NCBI RefSeq assembly: GCF_001194135.2
Contig: NC_068981.1
Coordinates: forward strand, 11,480,753 to 11,544,567
Reading direction: 5' to 3'
From: Octopus bimaculoides
Taxonomy: Eukaryota
Length of the DNA: 63,815 bases
Shown: positions 1 through 11,471 of the stretch, one piece after another
Numbering within the stretch: the first letter of the stretch is position 1
How the letters are laid out: every line of letters starts with the position of its first letter
The notes under the pieces: generated by a model
What the model was told of the DNA's origin: nothing
The model's database searches: none
Seen by the model: the letters and a program-made list of their open reading frames with translations, nothing else
Translations under genes and position numbers: made by a program

Positions 1-72
1 AAATATGTATATACATATATACATGTACATAAACACATACATGCACACACACGCACACACACATACATATTT

Positions 73-108
<36 letters not shown>

Positions 109-185
109 AGAGAGACAGAGAGACAGAGAGACAGAGACAGAGAGAGAGAGAGACAGAGAGAGAGAAAGAGAGTGAGAGAGTAAGA
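1..185. repeat. Compound microsatellite (TA)n/(CA)n/(GA, GAGACA)n
   Basis: Directly visible dinucleotide and hexanucleotide repeats. Confidence 0.9.
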
Positions 186-495
186 GACAAAAATATATTT
201 TTAGAAGGAGTGCAAGAGAGAAATATTGATCGTACAGATGAAAATTCAATGCAATAGTAGAATAGTAAAGACCTTTAGGTGATAGATACAAGCATACACA
301 GTAGCGTGATTATAACGTAAATAAAATTCTACCCATATCATATTCGTGATATATAAATACCCTTTGAGATACGCACCATTAACACTCACTCACATACATG
401 CACCCATATGTGTATATATCCTTTCCCATATATATCTGTATACAATCATCAATCCTTATTGTGATCGATATGTTCGACTAAACATTTTTCAAGCT

Positions 496-549
496 GTCTC
501 CCCAATATGGCCGCAGTCTAATGACTGAAAAAAGTAAAAAAATAAAAGT
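496..549 (+). mobile_element. Isolated 3' tail of SINE family B
   Basis: ccaatatggccgcagtctaatgactgaaaaaagtaaaa matches the tail of the fuller copy at 15338-15400. Confidence 0.5.
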
Positions 550-589
550 TATATGTGTGTGTTTGCGTGTGTGAATAAACATGTGTGAG

Positions 590-624
<35 letters not shown>

Positions 625-634
625 NNNNNNNNNN

Positions 635-669
<35 letters not shown>

Positions 670-796
670 GCACACACACATATATATATAATATATATAT
701 ATAAATATAGATATATATGTGTGAGTGTAAGTATACATATATGTACATATACTTACATGAATATTTATATGTGTGCATATACATATATATGTATAT

Positions 797-853
<57 letters not shown>

Positions 854-1214
854 TATGTGTGTGTGTGTGTGTGTATGTATATCGGCACTCTCAGTGCAAA
901 TCGTCCCGGTGTCCTTGCTATGAAGGCCGATTAAAAGTGCTCATCTGCTTGAGCAGATTAGCTGAATTTAAATACTTTCGGTCGGCATGTCCTGTGAAAT
1001 TTTTGAAGTTCATGTCTTCTTACCGTCACAGAAAACCAGTACATTTCTGTCAGTGGCTGAAACCGACAGATAATAACAATGAAAGGGAAAAATCAATGCA
1101 AACACAGTCTCCTATGCTCGACTGCAAAATCGATTGCCAACCACACATACTCACGCATATATCGAGCTATAATAGTTATGATGTATAGCACATGGCCACC
1201 AACCATTTCAAATA

Positions 1215-1384
1215 GTGCTAAGTCGATTACATCGACCACAGAGCTCGATTGCTACTTAATTTATCCACCCGGATGGCATGAATGGTGTAATCAACCTCGG
1301 TAACACTTGAACTCAGTGAAACCCGAAGACATGACACTAAGTACTTCATTGAACGCGCTAGCCATTGTGCCCACTCACCGCCCC
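1215..1384 (-). mobile_element. Degenerate tRNA-derived SINE, family A
   Basis: Reverse complement ggggcggtgagtgggcacaatggctagcgcg...gagttcaag...ccgaggttgatt...ggataaattaagtagc...ggtcgatgtaatcgact aligns by eye to the family A copy at 1801-2022. Confidence 0.6.
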
Positions 1385-1518
1385 ATGTCCGTTTCATATA
1401 TATTGTATATATATTCTATAAACACAATATTACGTTTTGATAGTATGTATTGAGTGTGGAAAATATAAACCCACGACGGAAAAATGGTTATTACCCATTT
1501 TCTTCCGTCTTCGAATTT

Positions 1519-1556
<38 letters not shown>

Positions 1557-1800
1557 NNNNNNNNNNTATATACATGTGTGTGTGTGTGTCTGGAGAATAA
1601 TAGTAACAATGTTACCCCCTCCCACATGACGAGTGGTATGTGTTAGTCGCTATAAATGAGGTGACTTCGGTTAGTATCGAGAGAGAGAGTAGGAAGTAGA
1701 CGGTCATAGACAGTCGTGGTTTTTACTTGTCTTACTAACTATGCTGTTATATGAGAGTGGGAATTATAACAGTTCGACAGTAACGATTACAACAATAATA

Positions 1801-2022
1801 GGCAGCGAGGTGGCAGAAAGGTTAGCACGCCGGGTGAAATGCTTAGCGGTATTTCGTCTGCCGTTACGTTCTGAGATCAAATTCCACCGAGGTCGACTTT
1901 GCCTTTCAACCTCTCGGGGACGATAAATTATGTACCAGTTACGCACTGGGGTCGATGTAATCGACTTAATCCGTTTGTTTGTCCCCTCTATGTTTAGCTC
2001 CTTGTGGGCAATAAAGAAATAA
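1801..2022 (+). mobile_element. tRNA-derived SINE, family A, near full length
   Basis: Head ggcagcgaggtggcagaaaggttagc (A-box-like), B-box-like tgagatcaaattcc, body gaggtcgactttgcctttc...ggggtcgatgtaatcgact, A-rich tail. Near-identical copies at 38159 and 49708. Confidence 0.85.
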
Positions 2023-2037
2023 GTAGCGATTACAACA

Positions 2038-2098
<61 letters not shown>

Positions 2099-2728
2099 TG
2101 CGTAAAAAATATTTACATGGTTGACCAAGTTCGCCTATGCTACTCATATTGAAATAATTAGTGATAATGTTATAATTTCATGCCATCATAGGTTTTCATT
2201 ACATGTTAGTAAAACAGATATGTTGTAAATGAATCGGAAAGTAAATAAATTCCAGGGGTGGTATAAGCATTGACTGTTGCTATTAGAAGCAGGGGATTGT
2301 GGTAATTATCCTACTGCTATGAAAGTAAATTGACGATATGAATATATTAAGAAGATATATATTTATGAACTAAAATGTTTACGTAGTGGAAAATCGCTTA
2401 TATGTCTGTATTAAGGTGCAGCTGTCATTTTTCACTTGATATAGCCTAACCGTTGTTGCACAAAAGCTGTCCCATTGCATTGGTTCATAGGGAAAAATGA
2501 AGTTTGATTGATGATTCCTCTACATATCTGTATATGTGGTCGCTTAATAGCATTTGCCTATATCGGATTTTTTTCTCTCTGCAGTGTTGTCCACCGTCTG
2601 AGGGACATTCTTGCTTCCTGTATGTAGTTGCGTCCACATCCTTCACAGTTATGACATAGATTATGTATACACATCTGGATTCACAGATAAACAACGTTTT
2701 CATTTGCGTTAGTTTTCCATGTTTAAAA

Positions 2729-3105
2729 TTGAAATCTACACCAGTACCAGAACGTGTCGACACTACATATTGCCAAACATCCCAGCAATTCCATCGCGCT
2801 TCAGGACCAGTTACTGCAACAGCCTGGGTTTCAGGGGCCCACAGTTTTTTAATATTCTCCCAAAGAGTCTGAGGAACCTGCTCAAAGTAGATGTAGGCGC
2901 TTTAAAATCAAGTCTGCACCTCTTCATGTCGAGAGTCCCAGATTAACCTATCTCACGACAAGAGGTGCAAATGAGGATAGCTACATCAAACTCCATTCTT
3001 CACCAAGTGCCACATACTGGAGGTGGCTCTCAGTAATAACAGTGTAGCAAAACGGCTGTGCATCAGCATGGCCGCAGCTCTGAGTTAAAACTTCAGAGAA
3101 AAGAA
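2729..3105 (+). mobile_element. 3' end of an APE-type LINE (CR1/L2-like, clade uncertain)
   Basis: Translates as SYCNSLGFRGPQFFNILPKSLRNLLKVDVGALKSSLHLFMSRVPD*P...ATSNSILHQ, resembling the C-terminal end of CR1/L2-group ORF2, followed by a short 3' UTR. Confidence 0.7.
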
Positions 3106-4880
3106 CATATGAACATATATANNNNNNNNNNNNNNNNNNNNNNNNNNNNNNNNNNNNNNNNNNNNNNNNNNNNNNNNNNNNNNNNNNNNNNNNNNNNNNN
3201 NNNNNNNNNNNNNNNNNNNNNNNNNNNNNNNNNNNNNNNNNNNNNNNNNNNNNNNNNNNNNNNNNNNATACTTTAGCGGCTACTGATTAACAATACCTTT
3301 ACTCAGCGTTTGCAACTATATTCTATCATTTTGGCAAGAGAAAGAATATTGCAGAAGATACTGAAAATGGACTTCGTTTGGAACGAAATGTAAATAATGC
3401 ATAAATCTTCATTGTTGTTTATTATATTTACGATGCTTCACTTCATAAGTAGAAAGAGAATAGGTAGCCATAATTTATTTTATTGCTGTCTTTTTCTTCA
3501 TAATCCTTTGTGCGTATTTTACTGATTATGAATTGAAAAAAAAAAGAAAGATACATGAAAGACGAAAAACACGATTTGCTTGTAGAAGAGAATAAAACGT
3601 TGAAATATTGATGATTCTGCATATATCGAGAAACATAGCACAGAAAAATATTTTAGCAGTTAATATCATGCATAGCACACTCTACTGGCTAACTTGAAAG
3701 TATATTAAACATAAGAGAAGAAAATAAATAAAGCCAAACAAGTAGATAGTATATGTATTGTGTTTATTCTCCTAATTATGTGAACCGTGAGCACACTCTA
3801 CGCTCTCTTACATATTAATATGTCAAATATATATGACAGTTTCCAATGAGGCGGAGAGAATTACTTCAGTATTGTCTGAGTTCAAAATGCACTCAAGTCT
3901 CTTATTTTTCAGTTCTCGAAGTAAATATTGCTTGGCTAACTGGTTAGGATCTCGCTTGAGAAATACGTCGTTTTAGACTCGATACATCCACATGTCATTG
4001 ACTTTTGGACTTCTATCACTGACTATGCTCAACGGATGAATTGTGGAGTAACGTTAGTGAAAGGAAACTATGCAGAAGTTTGCCAGAGAGATTGTTGTTG
4101 GGTTTAGGTGTTAAGGCTTGTTTGCCTGTACCTTAAATGTCACAAAATCCTCCATCATCTGAAACATCCAATGAGACTACTTCTTTCTTTACTAATCATT
4201 GAAGTCTAGAAAATGCCCATGTGTTTTGCAATTTCCACCGCTAAGCATGACCACCATATAACGTAAGCGCTTCATCATCATCACAATACAGAAAGTTAGA
4301 AAATTATCGTTTCACTATTTCTTTATCTAAATGTAATCTTGATGGAAATCTCCAAAACTCTTGCATCAAAATACTATTGAGCAGCATAAATTAAACTGAA
4401 ACATTCCGAAACAAACAATCCTGATCAGAGAAATAAATTAGATGAGGAATGGACATTTAAGTACTGTGGATTTATACATTAAATTCATTTCTACTATATT
4501 CTATAGACACATATATTAACAGAAACCTAGAAATGGCGAAGTAAATGATGATTTATGATAAGATTTGTTTGTCATGCCTAGAACAAATATAAGATAAGTT
4601 TTCAATATTCACCATTGTAAGTAATAATGATAAATCTCTTAATTCACAATTTATCCCGGAAACCTGTGAAATACTCAGGTGTCATATATTAAGTGAACAT
4701 AGATATGATTATTGTTCTTTCCTTGCTTGGTGTAAGTCTTGTTTCATGAAATTATGTTGTGACACCCAATAAATTTGGCAAAGACACTGTCCCAAATAAT
4801 GACAGTTGCCTTTCTACGTACATTCTGCAGTAACGAGTGTATCTGTATGTGAGCGTGTTTGCGTATACATATATCTAAAC

Positions 4881-4917
<37 letters not shown>

Positions 4918-5923
4918 TTATTTAAAATACAGAGATGCCTATAATAGGACATCTGACCCGCTAGAAAGAGCAGCAAAACACTCTATACCACAAAAATAGG
5001 AATAATTTCGAAAGGGAATGAAAAACAAAACATTTACCAATCTATATTCCGTACCATGGTTTCAAGTTATTTTAGCAAGATAAAAATATACCTTACAAAG
5101 GTCAAACTATCTTCAGCGGAATAACCAGATTACATATAAACACGAGTCATAGGGAGCATGGTTTATGTTTATATGTTAATTTTTCATAATTAANNNNNNN
5201 NNNNNNNNNNNNNNNNNNNNNNNNNNNNNNNNNNNNNNNNNNNNNNNNNNNNNNNNNNNNNNNNNNNNNNNNNNNNNNNNNNNNNNNNNNNNNNNNNNNN
5301 NNNNNNNNNNNNNNNNNNNNNNNNNNNNNNNNNNNNNNNNNNNNNNNNNNNNNNNNNNNNNNNNNNNNNNNNNNNNNNNNNNNNNNNNNNNNNNNNNNNN
5401 NNNNNNNNNNNNNNNNNNNNNNNNNNNNNNNNNNNNNNNNNNNNNNNNNNNNNNNNNNNNNNNNNNNNNNNNNNNNNNNNNNNNNNNNNNNNNNNNNNNN
5501 NNNNNNNNNNNNNNNNNNNNNNNNNNNNNNNNNNNNNNNNNNNNNNNNNNNNNNNNNNNNNNNNNNNNNNNNNNNNNNNNNNNNNNNNNNNNNNNNNNNN
5601 NNNNNNNNNNNNNNNNNNNNNNNNNNNNNNNNNNNNNNNNNNNNNNNNNNNNNNNNNNNNNNNNNNNNNNNNNNNNNNNNNNNNNNNNNNNNNNNNNNNN
5701 NNNNNNNNNNNNNNNNNNNNNNNNNNNNNNNNNNNNNNNNNNNNNNNNNNNNNNNNNNNNNNNNNNNNNNNNNNNNNNNNNNNNNNNNNNNNNNNNNNNN
5801 NNNNNNNNNNNNNNNNNNNNNNNNNNNNNNNNNNNNNNNNNNNNNNNNNNNNNNNNNNNNNNNNNNNNNNNNNNNNNNNNNNNNNNNNNNNNNNNNNNNN
5901 NNNNNNNNTATTAATGATGATAG

Positions 5924-5925
5924 AA

Positions 5926-5997
<72 letters not shown>

Positions 5998-6000
5998 CAC

Positions 6001-6075
<75 letters not shown>
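5924..6075. repeat. (CTAT)n tetranucleotide microsatellite
   Basis: Direct observation. Similar tracts at ~4880-4918 and ~52855-52895. Confidence 0.95.
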
Positions 6076-6076
<1 letters not shown>

Positions 6077-6096
6077 TTATCTTTCTAACTATATAT

Positions 6097-6360
6097 GACG
6101 CATGGCCTAGTGTTTAGGGTGTTGCATGGCGTACAGGTGAGAGTACTGCACCACAATCGCGAGACCGTGGTTTCCATTCCTAGACCGGGTGTTGCGTTGT
6201 GTACTTGAGCAAGTCATTTCATCTTAGCTTTTTCGGCGATCGCTTCGATTCTGGACGGGCGGTATAATGTATACCTGTTCGTATAACATAGATTTGATGG
6301 AGAGACTAAGCTAATGCACATCACATACATTTGATCACTATAAACGAATCATTTGTGCAG
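6097..6360 (+). mobile_element. tRNA-derived SINE with duplicated A-box head
   Basis: gcatggcctagtgtttagggtgttg head, B-box-like ggtttccattcc, then ttgtgtacttgagcaag core shared with copies at 24830-25190, 38495-38778 and 42960-43070. Confidence 0.65.
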
Positions 6361-6416
6361 GTATTTTGGCAAAATAACTGTACATTCATACCTCGCTTTT
6401 GACCGGAGAGTCCATC

Positions 6417-6449
<33 letters not shown>

Positions 6450-6469
6450 TGAATGTATGTATGCATATA

Positions 6470-6569
<100 letters not shown>

Positions 6570-7412
6570 NNNNNNNNNNNNNNNNNNNNNNNNNNNNNNN
6601 NNNNNNNNNNNNNNNNNNNNNNNNNNNNNNNNNNNNNNNNNNNNNNNNNNNNNNNNNNNNNNNNNNNNNNNNNNNNNNNNNNNNNNNNNNNNNNNNNNNN
6701 NNNNNNNNNNNNNNNNNNNNNNNNNNNNNNNNNNNNNNNNNNNNNNNNNNNNNNNNNNNNNNNNNNNNNNNNNNNNNNNNNNNNNNNNNNNNNNNNNNNN
6801 NNNNNNNNNNNNNNNNNNNNNNNNNNNNNNNNNNNNNNNNNNNNNNNNNNNNNNNNNNNNNNNNNNNNNNNNNNNNNNNNNNNNNNNNNNNNNNNNNNNN
6901 NNNNNNNNNNNNNNNNNNNNNNNNNNNNNNNNNNNNNNNNNNNNNNNNNNNNNNNNNNNNNNNNNNNNNNNNNNNNNNNNNNNNNNNNNNNNNNNNNNNN
7001 NNNNNNNNNNNNNNNNNNNNNNNNNNNNNNNNNNNNNNNNNNNNNNNNNNNNNNNNNNNNNNNNNNNNNNNNNNNNNNNNNNNNNNNNNNNNNNNNNNNN
7101 NNNNNNNNNNNNNNNNNNNNNNNNNNNNNNNNNNNNNNNNNNNNNNNNNNNNNNNNNNNNNNNNNNNNNNNNNNNNNNNNNNNNNNNNNNNNNNNNNNNN
7201 NNNNNNNNNNNNNNNNNNNNNNNNNNNNNNNNNNNNNNNNNNNNNNNNNNNNNNNNNNNNNNNNNNNNNNNNNNNNNNNNNNNNNNNNNNNNNNNNNNNN
7301 NNNNNNNNNNNNNNNNNNNNNNNNNNNNNNNNNNNNNNNNNNNNNNNNNNNNNNNNNNNNNNNNNNNNNNNNNNNNNNNNNNNNNNNNNNNNNNNNNNNN
7401 NNNNNNNNNNNN

Positions 7413-7449
<37 letters not shown>

Positions 7450-7462
7450 CATACATACATAC

Positions 7463-7516
<54 letters not shown>

Positions 7517-7523
7517 ATATACG

Positions 7524-8805
7524 TATGTCATTATTCAGTTTAATATCAAGATTTCTTGTCAATAAAGAGGCCATCCTAGATCCGAGACTCCTTCTTTGGA
7601 ATTTCAACATCAACAACGGTATGTATGTATGTATGTATGTATGTACGTATGTATGTGTATATACGTGCAGATTTGTATGTTTTGTTTTATGTGTGTATTC
7701 TCATGCATATAGTCTCATAGCTAGACACGCTCATATATACTTAAATGATTAAATTCTGAAAACTTTTACAGCTTTTTACAGTTCCTGTGATAGTTTGGAT
7801 CTGTAGGTTTCGAATCAGCTTTCTCGTCTCTGGTTTTGAGACGCCTAATTTTTAAAGATTGGTATTTAGACAGTGTGTTACATATCCCAATGTCCCAATA
7901 ATTACCTGAAGTTGTATTCTGGATGGAGTAGCTGCAGATTTCTCAATAGTTCAGCGTAGGTATTCTCTTTTTCGCTGATCTTAAGGCTTATGTTAATATC
8001 CGCTGGGCAGCTGATTTCCACAACTGCTTCTCTAACCAAATCATTATATGTGTGTATGTATATGAATAAATATCCGATGTTTATATCGCTTTGCTATCGT
8101 TGACAGATGAGGAGCTTCGACGTTGACATTAGGGGACGGATCTGTCTGTTTAAGTTTAACTTTTTGAGACAACACCGCCTCCGAGTTCTCTGAATGAAAA
8201 CATTGCTCGTAACGTAGCTTCTTATGGCTAACAGAACTGTATTCGTCTGTATTTATTTTGTTGACAGATTTATCTCCCGGCATAGTTTTATTGTGGTGTT
8301 TTTAAACTTATAAATTGTTCACTCTCTGTTAGTTCGAAGAAAATTGTTTTGTTATTGTCTTACTTCGTTTGCGAAGTGCTTCCATATGCGTGGCTGTTTG
8401 TCCGGTAAATTTCAAGAAGTTGTGTAAATTTTGGTGGGTATGTGTAGTCCTATGTGTATTAAAATGTATATATGTTTGCATAGTTATTTGAGTGTATGCA
8501 TAAGTAATCGATTTACGTACTTACTGTTTTGTTCCACTTATATTTTATCATTTGTAAACATTCAGATGTTGATTTCGCACGTGTCTTTCGCACATGTTTC
8601 ACTGAGACATCTTGCATGAGGGAAATTCTGCTTTGTATGGCAGCAATTTTTTTTTTTTTTTTTGTGATTATTTTCGTTAAAGGCCGCTTCCTTCAAGTCT
8701 TCCACGGGTTCCTTTTCCCCATTCCATTGATGTTATTAGATTAGATTTGTTTTTGTACGGAAATCCCTGTGTAGCACGTCCATGTTATTCATCGCGGAGT
8801 TGAAT
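7524..8805 (-). mobile_element. RLE-type non-LTR retrotransposon, family C, internally deleted
   Basis: Minus strand 8030-7745 translates, with a frameshift, as VVEISCPADINISLKISEKENTYAELLRNLQLLHPEYNF...IIGTLGYV...KLIRNLQIQTITGTVKSCKSF (RLE C-terminus). The 3' UTR 7524-7740 is homologous to 35010-35370. The segment 8044-8805 is the putative N-terminus and 5' UTR and abuts (TAA)n. Confidence 0.7.
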
Positions 8806-8824
8806 GTTGTTGTTATTATTATTA

Positions 8825-8902
<78 letters not shown>
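8806..8902. repeat. (ATT)n / (TAA)n microsatellite
   Basis: Direct observation. Other long tracts at 10015-10077, 10235-10311, 21041-21097, 23380-23480, 32905-32970, 34829-34892 and 49203-49268. Confidence 0.95.
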
Positions 8903-10014
8903 NNNNNNNNNNNNNNNNNNNNNNNNNNNNNNNNNNNNNNNNNNNNNNNNNNNNNNNNNNNNNNNNNNNNNNNNNNNNNNNNNNNNNNNNNNNNNNNNNN
9001 NNNNNNNNNNNNNNNNNNNNNNNNNNNNNNNNNNNNNNNNNNNNNNNNNNNNNNNNNNNNNNNNNNNNNNNNNNNNNNNNNAAACAGCAGGCTTTGTGCC
9101 GATAGTAGAAATGATTATCATTATTACTAGCAGAAAACCACCCTCCCTATAGATATCATACATAAATTATAAAGTACATTCACAATAGGCACATGAATTA
9201 AACAAACACTCTGTTATAGTTTATTCTGTAATCAGTAAAATAATCCATGATACATTTAAAAAAGACGATAATGAAAATTGGAAAATTGTTGAAATTGTCA
9301 AGGGGAAAATGTTCATGAACCTTCACTTGAATGGATTTGAAAATAGATGGGCTGGTGGGAATTAATGAATTACATTGACCAATATGAAGAGTTGTGTTTC
9401 GCTATATTGTTGTTTTACTATATTCACTTATATATTTCTTAGTGTCCCTTTTCTATCAATTGAAAAGAAACTTAAATACATTTCAATTAAAAGAGTGTAA
9501 TGGATGTTTCACATCTTTGCAGAATTTCTTTGTAGACACCCTGTTCATTTATCTGGATTAATATTTTCATAAACAACTTAGATCGATAAAATAAATAACA
9601 GGCTTGAAGAATAAGTAATGGAAATGATATTATTGACTAAATAATTTCAAGCTGGTACCCCGACATGACCGCAGTCTAACACAATTTGAAAACTTAATTC
9701 CGTAGATGAGAATTGTTGTTTTTTGTGTTATGTTATACGGTTAAAAATAATTTACTGACTTGTTTTGTTTTTTCACTTTATTACATTTTTTACGAATGCG
9801 AGGAGAAAACTATTTGTTTACATATGGAATTCAAACGGAAGTTGACATTTAAAACAGAAGCAAATCTTGTAATATTAAACACTATTATTTATGTTTAATA
9901 TACATTAACATTTTTTTAATAACCATTTACAAATTCTTCAAAGTAATATCTATTTTTGTTTTAATAACGTGTGGAAAAACAAGTAAAGTGGACACAATCT
10001 TGCATTTCTTCAAA

Positions 10015-10077
<63 letters not shown>

Positions 10078-10078
<1 letters not shown>

Positions 10079-10156
10079 TTATGTTTGACTTTTGTTTTGC
10101 ATTCGTACAAGTTGGATCCAAGTCTCACCCAGAGACCTCAAGAGACAACAAGTTAG
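10078..10156 (-). mobile_element. Probable 3' UTR end of an RLE LINE, followed by (TAA)n
   Basis: Minus strand aacttgttgtctcttgaggtctctgggtgagacttggatccaacttgtacgaatgcaaaacaaaagtcaaacat followed by aataataat. Assignment to an RLE family is from recall; the coding part would lie in the adjacent gap. Confidence 0.5.
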
Positions 10157-10232
10157 NNNNNNNNNNATTTTGCTAATTTCTATTTCAAGATCTTTATATT
10201 TGCTCAGTTTTTGGTAGGTCTTGACAGATACG

Positions 10233-10311
<79 letters not shown>

Positions 10312-10312
<1 letters not shown>

Positions 10313-10570
10313 CTCTTAATCACAGGTTTTGTTGGAGTTCCTGGAGACTTTCGTGCGTAGCGGGCTTACTACCTGCAGGCTAACGGTACCATGCTATTCT
10401 TTCTTTTCAGCTATCTAATATGTTACTGATTATTCCGGCCGTGCCAAGGACGCAAAAGCCCCTTGGTAGCAGTTCTACTGGGCACTCAATTCCAATTTCC
10501 TTTGTATTCCCCTTGATAACCACTGATACTGTTCCCAAGGACCCAATAATAATTGGCACTATCTTCACAT
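10312..10570 (-). mobile_element. 5'-truncated RLE LINE 3' end, family D
   Basis: VKIVPIIIGSLGTVSVVIKGNTKEIGIECPVELL...LGTAGIISNILDS* matches the RLE C-terminal pattern (VPIIIGxLG...LLGTARI), followed by a ~95-bp 3' UTR and (TAA)n. Confidence 0.8.
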
Positions 10571-10693
10571 AGTGAAAATAATGATAACAACAACAACAAC
10601 AACAGCAACAACAACAACAACACAACAGCAACAACAAAAACAGCAACAACAACAACAACAATAATAAAAATAATAATAATAATAATAATAATG

Positions 10694-10726
<33 letters not shown>

Positions 10727-11364
10727 GACCACAAACCTGAAGGCATCGTCGAAAATAGAAATGCAAAGATCCTATGAGATTTTGATTCAGTGCGACCATG
10801 AGATANNNNNNNNNNNNNNNNNNNNNNNNNNNNNNNNNNNNNNNNNNNNNNNNNNNNNNNNNNNNNNNNNNNNNNNNNNNNNNNNNNNNNNNNNNNNNNN
10901 NNNNNNNNNNNNNNNNNNNNNNNNNNNNNNNNNNNNNNNNNNNNNNNNNNNNNNNNNNNNNNNNNNNNNNNNNNNNNNNNNNNNNNNNNNNNNNNNNNNN
11001 NNNNNNNNNNNNNNNNNNNNNNNNNNNNNNNNNNNNNNNNNNNNNNNNNNNNNNNNNNNNNNNNNNNNNNNNNNNNNNNNNNNNNNNNNNNNNNNNNNNN
11101 NNNNNNNNNNNNNNNNNNNNNNNNNNNNNNNNNNNNNNNNNNNNNNNNNNNNNNNNNNNNNNNNNNNNNNNNNNNNNNNNNNNNNNNNNNNNNNNNNNNN
11201 NNNNNNNNNNNNNNNNNNNNNNNNNNNNNNNNNNNNNNNNNNNNNNNNNNNNNNNNNNNNNNNNNNNNNNNNNNNNNNNNNNNNNNNNNNNNNNNNNNNN
11301 NNNNNNNNNNNNNNNNNNNNNNNNNNNNNNNNNNNNNNNNNCAGCATTAGAATCTGTGCAAAGG

Positions 11365-11366
<2 letters not shown>
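10727..11366 (+). mobile_element. 5'-truncated RLE LINE, family B, spanning an N gap
   Basis: The left side encodes DHKPEGIVENRNAKIL*..IQCDHEI, like 34170-34260. The right side cagcattagaatctgtgcaaaggca matches the 3' end at 34635-34660. Confidence 0.7.
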
Positions 11367-11423
<57 letters not shown>

Positions 11424-11471
11424 ATAATAATAATAATAATATTAATATCATTATCATCGTCATCATCATCA

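Noticed and set aside
1024-4158. Tiny candidate exons at 1024-1056 (-), 2585-2619 (+) and 4132-4158 (-)
   Set aside because: They are 27-35 nt with plausible splice sites but are expected by chance, and no recognisable peptide results.
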